64,000 nucleotides of DNA from an uncultured Anaerolineales bacterium (GCA_964532665.1 CAZHMV010000007.1:12132-76131), one strand, 5' to 3'. Shown: positions 55,077 through 64,000, counted from the stretch's first letter. Notes: generated from the sequence alone by a model not told the origin. Translations and numbers: made by a program.

Positions 55077-56898
55077 GTAGTCGTCCTCGCCTGGCCGGTC
55101 GCATATCCTTCACGTCCAGCCGCAGCCACTCCTGGTCGTTCCACACTTCGATCTTTGGCGTATAGACCATGTCGATGCGCTCCGGCATGTTGTTGGCCCA
55201 GTGGGCCTGGCGAAATGCCATGGCATCCCAGATGATACGGTCCTGTTGCAGCTTGAGCCGCAGATGGTTCTCTTCTTCGCCCACAGTTGAATAGCCGCGC
55301 AGGGCGACGTCCCGAGCCAGGAACAGGGGGGCCGGATTCCCCACGCCGAATGGCTCCAGGTGGGTGAGGGTGCGGAAGGTCTTGGGGGTGAGTTTCGCAA
55401 GCGGCCACTCGGCATCGACGGTCAGAGCCGGCACCAGTTCCACGCCGGCCAGTTCCCGCGCCGCGATTTCGCGTAGTCGGGCGCGCAGCACCTCCAGCTT
55501 TTCGGTGGCCACGGTCAGGCCGGCTGCGGCTGCGTGCCCCCCATACTTCGTGAGCAGGTCTGCCACTTCGTCCAGCGCCTTGACAATGTTGAACTCGGGG
55601 ATGCTGCGCGCTGAGCCGTGGCTCGTCTCTTCGCCAATTTCAAGAACAAGCGACGGTCGATAAAACTGCTCGGTCAGCCGGCTGGCTACCAGGCCGACGA
55701 CACCGGGTGCGAAATCCTCGCCGCCGACCATCAGGAAAAACGCATCCTCCTGGCCTTCGATTTGCGCCAGGGCCTGTTCCAGGACGGCTTCGGTCAGCGC
55801 CTGGCGCTCGCGGTTTCGGGCGTCCAGTTTTTCCGCCAGTTGCCGGGCCTCGTCGGGGTCCTGGGTAACCAGCAACCGGTAGGCCAGCATTGCGTGGTCC
55901 AGCCGGCCGGCCGCGTTGATGCGCGGTCCCAGCACAAAACCGATGGTCTCAGAGCCGACCTGGCCGGGCTTCACGCCGGCCACTTCCATCAGCGCTCGTA
56001 CCCCGATCCGTTCTGCGCGGTTGAGGACCGCCAGACCGCGACGGACCAATGCCCGGTTTTCGCCGAGCAGCGGGGCCAGGTCTGCCACGACGCCGAGCGC
56101 AACGAGGTCCAGCAACTGTTCTTCGGTAATATCCGAAGGTGTGCTCCCCTGCTCCCCCACCCCTTTGATGGGTACGCGCCTTTCCACACGCAACAGAGCC
56201 TGAGCCAGCTTGAAGGCCAGACCGACGCCGGGCAGGTCTTTGAAGGGATAGCGGCACCCCGGTTGTTTCGGATTGATGAGGGCCAGAGCCGGCGGCAGAT
56301 CCTGTGGGGGCTCATGGTGGTCGGTGATGATCAGGTCCAGCCCCAACTGCCGGCCATGGAGCACCTCCTCGACCGCTCGGACACCACAGTCAACGGTGAT
56401 CACCACGCGGATGCCCCGGCCGGCCAGCTCATCCAACGCGCCCGTGTTCAGGCCGTAGCCCTCGCGGATCCGATGGGGAATGTACGGCTCTGCGTCGGCA
56501 CCTAACGCCCGCAGAACCTGAATCAGCAAGGCCGTGGAGGTCACGCCGTCCACGTCAAAGTCTCCGTAGACCGCAATGCGTTCGCCGTGGCGGATGGCCT
56601 GCCGAATCCGCGTTACGGCGGTGTTCATGCCCTGCAATTGGAAGGGATTATCACTATCGGGGGAGCCTTCGAGAAAGGCCTGGATGTCGGGTGGCTCGAC
56701 AAGTCCTCGGTTGAAGAGAAGTTGCACCACCAGCGGGTCCAGGCGGGGTCCTGAGGCCCCTCCTGAGGCCTGATCCGGCCCAGGCCTCGACGAAGGACCT
56801 GTCGAAGAGTCCGCAAACCGTTCCACGTGGTCCGCTGGTGCCGGCGGCGCGACTTCCCAGCGATAGCGACTTGTTTCTGTGCGTGTCTCGTGACTCAT
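55066..56898 (-). CDS. recJ: Single-stranded-DNA-specific exonuclease RecJ
   Basis: 610 aa; 'IAVYGDFDVDGVTSTALL', 'ITDHHEP' DHH motifs, DHHA1 'GGHAAAAG'. Confidence 0.9.
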   Translation of the reverse strand: MSHETRTETSRYRWEVAPPAPADHVERFADSSTGPSSRPGPDQASGGASGPRLDPLVVQLLFNRGLVEPPDIQAFLEGSPDSDNPFQLQGMNTAVTRIRQAIRHGERIAVYGDFDVDGVTSTALLIQVLRALGADAEPYIPHRIREGYGLNTGALDELAGRGIRVVITVDCGVRAVEEVLHGRQLGLDLIITDHHEPPQDLPPALALINPKQPGCRYPFKDLPGVGLAFKLAQALLRVERRVPIKGVGEQGSTPSDITEEQLLDLVALGVVADLAPLLGENRALVRRGLAVLNRAERIGVRALMEVAGVKPGQVGSETIGFVLGPRINAAGRLDHAMLAYRLLVTQDPDEARQLAEKLDARNRERQALTEAVLEQALAQIEGQEDAFFLMVGGEDFAPGVVGLVASRLTEQFYRPSLVLEIGEETSHGSARSIPEFNIVKALDEVADLLTKYGGHAAAAGLTVATEKLEVLRARLREIAARELAGVELVPALTVDAEWPLAKLTPKTFRTLTHLEPFGVGNPAPLFLARDVALRGYSTVGEEENHLRLKLQQDRIIWDAMAFRQAHWANNMPERIDMVYTPKIEVWNDQEWLRLDVKDMRPARRGRLHER

Positions 56899-56981
56899 GC
56901 CGGATATTATAGGTCAAGCTGGCCGGTCTGGCAATTTCGGCCTCCTTGCAAGGCTACATAATATGTGCTACAATACTGGCT

Positions 56982-57926
56982 ATGGGGATTCGGGTTGTTT
57001 TCATGGGGACGCCGGCCTTCTCGGTTCCGTCGCTGATGCGGCTTATCGAGGACGAGGCGTTCGACGTGGTAGCGGTTTTCACGCAGCCGGATCGGCCGGC
57101 CGGTCGTGGGCGTGCGCCAACACTGTCACCGGTGAAGCAGGTGGCGCTGGGACATGACATAACTATGTTTCAGCCCCAGCGTCTGCGCGACAACCAGGAG
57201 ATGCTCCATGTGTTGCGTGATCTTGCACCGGAGGTCATCGTGGTGGCTGCCTATGGCCTGATTCTGCCGGCTGCCGTGCTGGAGGTTCCGCCTCACGGTT
57301 GCATCAACGTTCACGCGTCGCTGCTGCCCAAATACCGGGGTGCGGCGCCGGTCGCGGCGGCGATTCTCAATGGGGATGAGGAGACCGGGGTCACCATCAT
57401 GCTGATGGACGAAAAGATGGACCATGGGCCGATCCTGGCCTGGCGATCCACGCCCATTGAGCCTGATGATACCCGGGGGATGCTCACCGAGCGCCTGGCT
57501 GATCTGGGCGCTGACCTCCTGGGTGAGACGCTGCCGCAGTGGGTGGCCGGCGACATCGAAGCCCGGCCCCAGGATCACGCCGCTGCCACCTACACGCATA
57601 TCCTGAAGAAAGAAGACGGCGCGATCGACTGGACCCAGCCGGCGATTCGCATTGCTCGCATGACCCGGGCCTACGACCCGTGGCCCGGCGCATACACCTA
57701 TCTCAATCGCCGGGTGTTTAAGTTGCTGAAGGCCCAGGCCATCGATCTTGTGGCGGTCGATGTTCGGCCGGGCCAGGTGGTCGAGACCGACCAGGGCCTG
57801 GCAGTGGCTGCCGGTGATGGTGCTGTACTTCTGGAGAGAGTCCAGTTGGCCGGCAAGCGAGCAATGGACATCGAGTCCTTTGCCCGTGGCCGGCGCGACT
57901 TTATCGGTTCCGTACTCGGGACCTGA
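56982..57926 (+). CDS. fmt: Methionyl-tRNA formyltransferase
   Basis: 'MGIRVVFMGTPAFSVP', 'INVHASLLPKYRGAAPV' (formyltransferase SLLP motif), C-terminal Fmt domain. Confidence 0.9.
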   Translation: MGIRVVFMGTPAFSVPSLMRLIEDEAFDVVAVFTQPDRPAGRGRAPTLSPVKQVALGHDITMFQPQRLRDNQEMLHVLRDLAPEVIVVAAYGLILPAAVLEVPPHGCINVHASLLPKYRGAAPVAAAILNGDEETGVTIMLMDEKMDHGPILAWRSTPIEPDDTRGMLTERLADLGADLLGETLPQWVAGDIEARPQDHAAATYTHILKKEDGAIDWTQPAIRIARMTRAYDPWPGAYTYLNRRVFKLLKAQAIDLVAVDVRPGQVVETDQGLAVAAGDGAVLLERVQLAGKRAMDIESFARGRRDFIGSVLGT

Positions 57927-58117
57927 TTTCAAACTTAGATGGCGCTTCACGCTTCCAGGCATCGAAACAGATGCCAGCGCCGCCCGTTTGAACAAGGGGT
58001 ACGAGGGTGCGGGAGAACGGGAGAGAGACCTGACAAACGAGAATCTTTTCTCCCCTGCTCCCATGCACGTTCGCACTCCTGCTCAGACGGAGCCCTGCCC
58101 CGGCGAAAGGGAAGACG

Positions 58118-59194
58118 ATGGACAACATATCGGAGCCGCCCCAGCGCTCAGGCGGTATTGACTTCGATCAAAGTGACGTCCGTGCTGAGGACCTCGTCGG
58201 ACGTGACAAGTTCGAATTCAACCTGCCCGAGATACCGCGTAAGGGTTGCTATGCCCAGTTATCCAAGAACATTAAGTTCGTTGTTTCTCTTGGCGTGCTG
58301 CTGCTCTTGATCTACGCTGTTTTCCAGCAGTTGAACCGGCCGAGTGTGTCGGAGCAGACGCCGACGCCGACGGCTGTGGAAACGGCGACGCCAACTGGAA
58401 CGCCAGAACCTTTAACAACGCCAACAGTAGAGGCCCAGGGGCCGTTGCCGGGGACACAGACACCGGAGCCCCCGTTCGGGCGAGCTACGTCGGTGGTCCG
58501 GCCAGAGACTCGGACGCCCGTGGTGGTTACGGCTACCTTGACGCCTGTCGTAGCCGCCTCGCCCACGACGCGACGTGTTGTCGCCACGGTCACGCCTGGA
58601 ACCATTGGGCCGTCTACGCCGGTCGTGCGGCCGCCGACGCCAACGCCACGACGGACCCCGACACCGGTGCCCACCACAGCGGTTCCGAGCCCGCGTCCGC
58701 TGCCGACGGTGACGCCGCGGCCACCAACGCCGACGCCGAATCCGTGCCTGTCGGCGGCTGTCCGTCTTGGGCCTGTTGCCAGGCTTGTGACGGAAGGGGA
58801 TACATTCACCGCCAGCGTGCTCATCTCTTGTGCGGTGAACCTGGCTGGCTACCAGATTGAATTGCGCTTTGATCCGGCTGTCGTGGTCGTCCGGGGTGTG
58901 GATAACGGCGGGTTCCTGGGCAGTGCCGGCGGGTCGGTGTTCGCCCCGGATCCAGCGATGGATAACAGTGCTGGCATAGCAACCATCAGTGCGATTGTGC
59001 TGCGGCCTGGACCGTATCCGAGTGGCTCGGGCACTCTGGCTTCCTTCAGTTTGAAGGCTGTTGGTCCGGGATCTACAGATCTGGACGTGGGTGTGAGCCT
59101 GTCGGACGTAAACGGAGAGTCGATACCGGTCAGTGTCACCGATGGCGCTGTCGTCGTCCAGCCGCAGGCCACGGCTGTGCCGAGTGAGCCGTAG
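58118..59194 (+). CDS. Membrane-anchored protein with long Pro/Thr-rich linker and C-terminal cohesin-like domain
   Basis: 358 aa; TM 'FVVSLGVLLLLIYAVF'; TPTPT linker; 'GDTFTASVLISCAVNLAGYQIELRFDPAVVVV' cohesin-type beta sandwich. Confidence 0.6.
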   Translation: MDNISEPPQRSGGIDFDQSDVRAEDLVGRDKFEFNLPEIPRKGCYAQLSKNIKFVVSLGVLLLLIYAVFQQLNRPSVSEQTPTPTAVETATPTGTPEPLTTPTVEAQGPLPGTQTPEPPFGRATSVVRPETRTPVVVTATLTPVVAASPTTRRVVATVTPGTIGPSTPVVRPPTPTPRRTPTPVPTTAVPSPRPLPTVTPRPPTPTPNPCLSAAVRLGPVARLVTEGDTFTASVLISCAVNLAGYQIELRFDPAVVVVRGVDNGGFLGSAGGSVFAPDPAMDNSAGIATISAIVLRPGPYPSGSGTLASFSLKAVGPGSTDLDVGVSLSDVNGESIPVSVTDGAVVVQPQATAVPSEP

Positions 59195-59239
59195 TCGATC
59201 TGACTGTAGATTGCCCATGGCCGACTGCGAGTCTCAGAT

Positions 59240-59262
59240 GGGGATCTGACGATCCCTTTTGA
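59240..59262 (+). terminator. Rho-independent terminator GGGGATC-tgac-GATCCC-TTTT
   Basis: Read directly after the cohesin-like gene. Confidence 0.5.
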
Positions 59263-59315
59263 ACGAGTTTTGGGGTCTACTGAGTTTGCCGGCGGTCGGC
59301 GATTGGGTGTTGGAG

Positions 59316-60005
59316 ATGTGTATGTACTTGTTGAATCTTGGATTGGTACCGTACGACGAAGGTTTGAAGCTGCAACATCGACTGGTTGCGGCACGGAAAG
59401 CCGGCCAACTGGATGACATCCTGATCCTGCTGGAACACCCACCGGTCATCACGCTGGGCCGGCAGGCGGATGAGACAAACATCATCGCCGCTCCCGAGTT
59501 CCTCGACCAACTGGGCGTTCAGGTTCGGCGGGTCGAGCGGGGCGGCGATGTCACCTACCACGGCCCTGGACAACTCATGGGCTACCCGATCCTGAACCTG
59601 CGCAATCATCGCAAAGATGTTGGTTGGTACATTCGCTCGTTGCAGAAAGCCCTGGTCGGTGCGCTGGCGGACTTCGGGATCGAGGCGGAAGCGCGCACTG
59701 GTCGCGACACCGGCGTGTGGGTGGGCAATGACAAAATTGTTGCCATCGGCGCTCGCATCGAGGAGTGGGTATCTTTCCACGGCTTCGCATTGTACGTCGA
59801 TCCCATCATGTCCCACTTCGACCTCATCGTGCCGTGTGGGCTGCGTGACCGGGGCGTCATCGGAATGCGGCAGGTCGTTGGCGAATCCGTCGATATGGAG
59901 GCTGTCCGACGGGCTGTTGCGAAGCATTTCGCGATTGTGTTCGATGTTGACCTGGACGATGTGACTCTAGCCGGACTTGAGTTCCCAGAACCTGCGTCAG
60001 CCTGA
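59316..60005 (+). CDS. lipB: Lipoyl(octanoyl) transferase
   Basis: 'LLEHPPVITLGR', 'RGGDVTYHGPGQL', 'KIVAIGARI' LipB blocks. Confidence 0.9.
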   Translation: MCMYLLNLGLVPYDEGLKLQHRLVAARKAGQLDDILILLEHPPVITLGRQADETNIIAAPEFLDQLGVQVRRVERGGDVTYHGPGQLMGYPILNLRNHRKDVGWYIRSLQKALVGALADFGIEAEARTGRDTGVWVGNDKIVAIGARIEEWVSFHGFALYVDPIMSHFDLIVPCGLRDRGVIGMRQVVGESVDMEAVRRAVAKHFAIVFDVDLDDVTLAGLEFPEPASA

Positions 60006-60023
60006 CGCCTGGCGACTGCATCT

Positions 60024-60674
60024 GTGGCTAACATCATGTCAAACGAAACTCCATTCGTTTTTCGTAAGGTCGTTGTCGGTCCCTGGCCGATGAATACCTT
60101 CGTTTTGATTGACCCATCCGGGGGGAGCAGTATCGTCGTCGATCCCGGCGCCGATGCCAACGCCATCCTGGCGGCCACGTCTGGCCTGCCTGTCTACAAG
60201 ATTCTGTTGACCCATGCCCATCCCGATCACATTGGCGCATTGTCAGCCGTGGCGGGAGCGACGGGAGCGCCTGTGGCGGCCCATGCGGACAGCGCCGGCC
60301 TGCTCGCGGTCCCGCCGGATGATGAACTCCACGACGGCGATGTGGTGCGCCTGGGCGTACGCGAGATTCGCGTGATCGAAACCCCGGGCCACGCGCCTGG
60401 TCACCTGAGTTTCCTGATCGGAAGCGACCTGATTGGTGGCGATGTGCTGTTCCCTGGCGGCCCAGGCCACACCGACACGCCCCAGGACTTCCAGCAGATT
60501 CTCGAGACGATCACGCAGAAGTTGTTTGCCTTGCCGGGTGAGACAGTTGTCCATCCAGGTCACGGCGAGTCTGTGACGATCGGTCAGGCGAAGGCGGAGT
60601 ACGAGAAGTTCGCGGAGCGGCAGATGCCGGCGGATCTCTGCGGCGACGTGACGTGGGAACCCAGTGAACAGTGA
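60024..60674 (+). CDS. MBL-fold metallo-hydrolase (glyoxalase-II-like)
   Basis: 'LTHAHPDHIGA' HxHxDH, 'ETPGHAPGH'. Confidence 0.85.
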   Translation: MANIMSNETPFVFRKVVVGPWPMNTFVLIDPSGGSSIVVDPGADANAILAATSGLPVYKILLTHAHPDHIGALSAVAGATGAPVAAHADSAGLLAVPPDDELHDGDVVRLGVREIRVIETPGHAPGHLSFLIGSDLIGGDVLFPGGPGHTDTPQDFQQILETITQKLFALPGETVVHPGHGESVTIGQAKAEYEKFAERQMPADLCGDVTWEPSEQ

Positions 60675-60748
60675 ACAGTGAACAGTGATCAGTAAACAGT
60701 GAACAGTTGACTGATGACTGATCACTGTTCACTGATCACTTTGGTATC
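60661..60748. repeat. Family C heptamer palindrome (CAGTGAA x3, CAGTGAT, CAGTAAA, CAGTGAA, CAGTTGA | CTGATGA CTGATCA CTGTTCA CTGATCA), near-loopless cruciform; first units encode the C-terminal ...SEQ* of the MBL gene
   Basis: Read directly; ends 9 nt before the DUF123 gene start. Confidence 0.85.
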
Positions 60749-60756
60749 TGGATTGC

Positions 60757-61218
60757 ATGGACATTACCCTGTCGGATATTGAGCGTGGAGCGCCGGGCAC
60801 TTATGTCCTTGTGATGTTCCTGGACTCGCCGACGCGCATTGTCGTTGGTGCGCTTGGCCCGCTTGAATTCGACGCCGGCTATTATCTGTACGTCGGGAGT
60901 GCGCTGAACGGCCTGGCGGGCCGGCTGCGTCGCCATTGTCGGGTTGACAGCAAGAAACTCCGCTGGCACATCGACTACCTGCGTGCGCGCGCCACGCTGG
61001 TTGAGGTCTGGTGGACAGTTTCTGCCGAACGCCTGGAGTGTGAGTGGGCTGTGGCCGTGCGTGGGTTGCCCGGTGTGACTGAGCCGGTGGCCGGCTTCGG
61101 GGCCTCGGACTGCCGCTGCTCCAGCCACCTGTTTCACCTCGTAGCCAAACCCTCTTTCGATGACTTCGCCGCTCTCCAGGCCAACCGTGACATCGCTTCC
61201 ACAAGTCGCGGTTCCTGA
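60757..61218 (+). CDS. GIY-YIG nuclease superfamily protein (DUF123)
   Basis: 153 aa; 'GTYVLVMFL', 'GYYLYVGSALNGLAGRLRRH', 'RWHIDYL' of DUF123/Uri-superfamily endonucleases. Confidence 0.7.
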   Translation: MDITLSDIERGAPGTYVLVMFLDSPTRIVVGALGPLEFDAGYYLYVGSALNGLAGRLRRHCRVDSKKLRWHIDYLRARATLVEVWWTVSAERLECEWAVAVRGLPGVTEPVAGFGASDCRCSSHLFHLVAKPSFDDFAALQANRDIASTSRGS

Positions 61219-61372
61219 GAACTCATACTCCCACCAACGCTTCATTCCAATCCTGCCTCCTCCGCCCTTTGGCCTTTAATATTCAACACTTTTGTGCTAG
61301 AATAGTCCCCATGACTATACAAGCTCAGCTTCAGACGTTGCTTGACAGGTTCATCTGGATGGGACGCTAGCC

Positions 61373-61636
61373 ATGGAGCACAGGTCTGCACCTTCCAACC
61401 GTCGGCAGCGTTTTCTGCGCAGATTCGCTGTTGGGCTCACAATCTATGCGGTGCTAATCGCCGGCTACATTTTCGTACTGCGGCTATTTAGAGAGCCGTT
61501 GCTGGGGCTGTACAACACCCGCATAGTCGTGTACGCATTGGTTGCCCTGGTTCTCATTGTAGCACAGGCGCTTGTACTTGAATCTATCACCATGTTCCTC
61601 GCCGAGCATCTGGGTATCGTGACGCACGAGGAATGA
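61373..61636 (+). CDS. Small two-TM membrane protein, hypothetical
   Basis: 87 aa; coupled (ATGA overlap) to the TauE gene. Confidence 0.45.
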   Translation: MEHRSAPSNRRQRFLRRFAVGLTIYAVLIAGYIFVLRLFREPLLGLYNTRIVVYALVALVLIVAQALVLESITMFLAEHLGIVTHEE

Positions 61637-62532
61637 TGGGCATGGGCTTTCCCATCTCAGGTATTACAGTTAACCCCGTGTATCTGGTCGGCGTTGGCTT
61701 TTTAGTCGGCATCCTGGCCGGGTTTTTCGGCGTAGGTGGCGGCTTTCTGACCGGGCCGATGCTGCTGATTCTCGGTATGCCAGGCCACATGGTCCCGGGC
61801 ACAGACCTGGCGTACATGACGGGCAAATCGATGGTTGCGGCCCGACGACACCGCGCGCTGGGTCACGTTGACGTAAAATTGGGTGCTATCATGGTGACCG
61901 GTACTGTCATCGGCGTCGAGTTGGGGGCCCAGCTTATCGAGGCTCTGAAGCGTGTTGGCAGCGTAGAGGTAACACTTGGTTTAACATACATCATCACGTT
62001 GCTAAGCGTCTCGGGCTTCGTGGCATGGGAAAGTTTCCGAGCGATGCAGATGACAGGCACCGAGGCCATTGATGTGGCAGATGCCGTTAGCTTTCGAGGT
62101 TTCACAAAGCGCGTACAGAGCATTAATCTTCCACCGATGATCTCGCTGCCAGGCTCCGGCGTCGAATCGATCTCCTTTTGGGCGGTTTTCGGTGTGGGCA
62201 TAGTGACCGGGTTCCTGGCCGGCTTCCTGGGCGTGGGCGGCGGTTTCATTCGTATGCCGGCATTGGTGTACATCGTCGGCGTGCCGACCCACATCGCTGT
62301 TGGGACGGACCTCTTCGAGATTATCATCTCGTCCGCTTATGGGGCGTTGAGCCACGGGGTGAAGGGGAATGTAGATATCCTGGTAGCGTTGGTGATGCAC
62401 ACAGGCGCAGTGGTCGGTGCGCAGATCGGCGCAGTCTCTACGCAGTACGTCGGTGGTCCCAGGATTCGGCTGGCCTTCTCGGTGTTACCGCTAATCGGCG
62501 TGGCGTTGGTCATCATGAGACTCTTCGCGTGA
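61633..62532 (+). CDS. TauE/SafE family sulfite/anion exporter (DUF81)
   Basis: 299 aa; duplicated 4-TM halves each with 'GFFGVGGGF' motif. Confidence 0.8.
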   Translation: MMGMGFPISGITVNPVYLVGVGFLVGILAGFFGVGGGFLTGPMLLILGMPGHMVPGTDLAYMTGKSMVAARRHRALGHVDVKLGAIMVTGTVIGVELGAQLIEALKRVGSVEVTLGLTYIITLLSVSGFVAWESFRAMQMTGTEAIDVADAVSFRGFTKRVQSINLPPMISLPGSGVESISFWAVFGVGIVTGFLAGFLGVGGGFIRMPALVYIVGVPTHIAVGTDLFEIIISSAYGALSHGVKGNVDILVALVMHTGAVVGAQIGAVSTQYVGGPRIRLAFSVLPLIGVALVIMRLFA

Positions 62533-62551
62533 GTTCAATGATCGTCGTAAG

Positions 62552-63397
62552 GTGATTCAGATGCACATACTTGTGGCTACTGACGGCCTGGAACATGCTC
62601 GAGCGGCTGTGCGATTTGCCAGCCAGCTCGCGGCTCAGGCCGGTGCCAGGGTAACTGTACTCGGTGTGGCCGAGCAGGTGGACCGAGATGGTGTGGCCCG
62701 TCGGGCTATCGCGGATGCAGGCCGGCTGCTAGGCGAGCGCGGGATTCAATACACAACCAAACTGCGTCATGGCTACCCGGCCGAGCAGGTTTTGCAGGAA
62801 ACCGAACAGGGTGAATATGACCTGATCGTCATTGGTGCCCGAGGGCGCTCTCGCCTGACGCGCTTTTTGCTGGGTTCGGTGTCATTCCGCATCCTTCAGC
62901 ATGCAGTCATCCCCGTTCTGATTGTGCGTCAGACACGACCACGTATCAGGAAGATCCTGGTTGCCACGGGTGGACACCCGGAGAGCGAAGGAACGATGCG
63001 CTATGGTGCACAACTGGCCGGCGCGCTGGGTGCTATGGAAACACTGTTGCACGTCACGAATCCGGTCCCCCGGATGTACACCGGATTGGAGGAGATGGAC
63101 GAAACACTGCGCGAGTTGATGCAGTCGGATACTCGGGAAGGCCGGTCGTTGCGTGACGGAGCCCGGATCATGGAGGACGAGGAGGTAGAGGGCCGCATCG
63201 AATTGCGCCACGGAGTGGTGGAAGAGGAGATCATCCACGAAGCGGCTCAAGGTGACTACGATCTCATCGTCCTGGGCTCGTCCCTGTCGGCTCGTGCGAT
63301 CGACTGGCTGGCATTGGGAAACATTACCCGTCGCATCATCGACCGAACGCCGCGCCCCATTCTGGTCGTGCCTGGCCGGAAGCAGCAGAAGGGGTAG
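62552..63397 (+). CDS. Tandem universal stress protein (UspA x2)
   Basis: 281 aa; two 'ILVATDG...G.S...G.V.......PVLVV' Usp modules. Confidence 0.8.
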   Translation: MIQMHILVATDGLEHARAAVRFASQLAAQAGARVTVLGVAEQVDRDGVARRAIADAGRLLGERGIQYTTKLRHGYPAEQVLQETEQGEYDLIVIGARGRSRLTRFLLGSVSFRILQHAVIPVLIVRQTRPRIRKILVATGGHPESEGTMRYGAQLAGALGAMETLLHVTNPVPRMYTGLEEMDETLRELMQSDTREGRSLRDGARIMEDEEVEGRIELRHGVVEEEIIHEAAQGDYDLIVLGSSLSARAIDWLALGNITRRIIDRTPRPILVVPGRKQQKG

Positions 63398-63405
63398 TGT
63401 AATCA

Positions 63406-64000
63406 TGCTCATTATACACGGTACAGTTGTCACCTTTGGGAGTGACTGGCGGATCATCGAAGACGGCGCTCTCCACATCGACGCGGATCGCATCACCGAC
63501 GTCGGCACGACAACCGAGTTGACGGTTCGATATCCCGATGCCGAGATGCTCGACGCTGCCGGCAAGCTGGTGATGCCCGGCAATATCTGCGCCCACACGC
63601 ACTTCTACGGCACGTTCGCCCGCGGTCTGACCATTCCAGGTCCCCCGATGAAAAATTTCCCCGAGATTTTGGCCCGGCTGTGGTGGCCCCTGGACCGCAG
63701 CCTGGACGAAGAGGCGATTCGCTACAGCGCCCTGGTCCCTCTGGCCGACGCGATCCGCCATGGCACCACGACACTGATTGACCACCACGCCAGCAACTGC
63801 GCCATCGACGGCTCCCTGGACATCATCGCCGAAGCGGTGGGGCAGGCCGGCCTGCGAGCGTGCCTGTGCTACGAGGTGACAGACCGGGATGGGCCGGAGG
63901 TGGCGGAGGCGGGGATACGGGAGAATGAGCGGTTTATTCGGAGGGAAAAAGGGAAAAAGGGGAGAAGGGGAGAAGGGAAAAAGGAACTTCTGGCCGGCAC
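63406..64000 (+). CDS. Amidohydrolase-family (SsnA/chlorohydrolase-like) protein, 3' truncated by window edge, with Lys/Gly-rich insertion encoded by a polypurine tract
   Basis: 'MLIIHGTVVTFG', 'GKLVMPGNICAHTHFY' metal-binding HxH. Not in ORF track because it runs off the window. Confidence 0.65.
63941..63992 (+). repeat. Polypurine tract GGAGGGAAAAAGGGAAAAAGGGGAGAAGGGGAGAAGGGAAAAAGGAAC lying in frame in the amidohydrolase gene (encodes EKGKKGRRGEGKKE)
   Basis: Read directly; shares GGGAAAAAGGGAAAAAGGG with 14120-14145. Confidence 0.7.

Overview
This is a 64 kb, high-GC (about 60-65%) bacterial chromosomal segment with dense coding on both strands. I found no rRNA, tRNA, CRISPR array, integrase or transposase. 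The gene content (split class I fumarase, OsmC/SodA, several GT-C and GT2 glycosyltransferases, multi-GAF GGDEF protein, PT-linker secreted proteins, Reg_prop/PA14/cohesin proteins) suggests a Chloroflexi-like organism, but that is inference only. Conserved housekeeping genes include metG, proC/yggS/pgeF/yggT, fumA/fumB/fumC, sodA, tatAC, nusB, fabDG, rpmF, yceD, coaD, recG, degV/yloUV, rpmB, rlmN, recJ, fmt and lipB. The accessory part includes a probable protein-mannosylation locus (GT2 CESA-like, GT87-like, Dpm1-like GT2, GT39, geranylgeranyl reductase), a SARP/NB-ARC/TPR STAND regulator next to an orphan OmpR-type wHTH gene across an 850-bp AT-rich gap, and a cNMP-binding::DoxX fusion next to a DoxX paralogue. 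The most unusual signal is at least five families of short dispersed repeats: heptamer-built palindromes (ACGTGAA, CAGTGAx, GACGAAx, TTGCGAA), TIR-flanked 85-110 bp elements with unrelated cores, and polypurine GGGAAAAAGGG tracts. Several of these sit inside or at the ends of coding regions, apparently in frame. Several sigma70 promoters matching the consensus at all 12 hexamer positions (TTGACA-N17-TATAAT) are visible. Many long antisense ORFs in the track are GC-rich artefacts.
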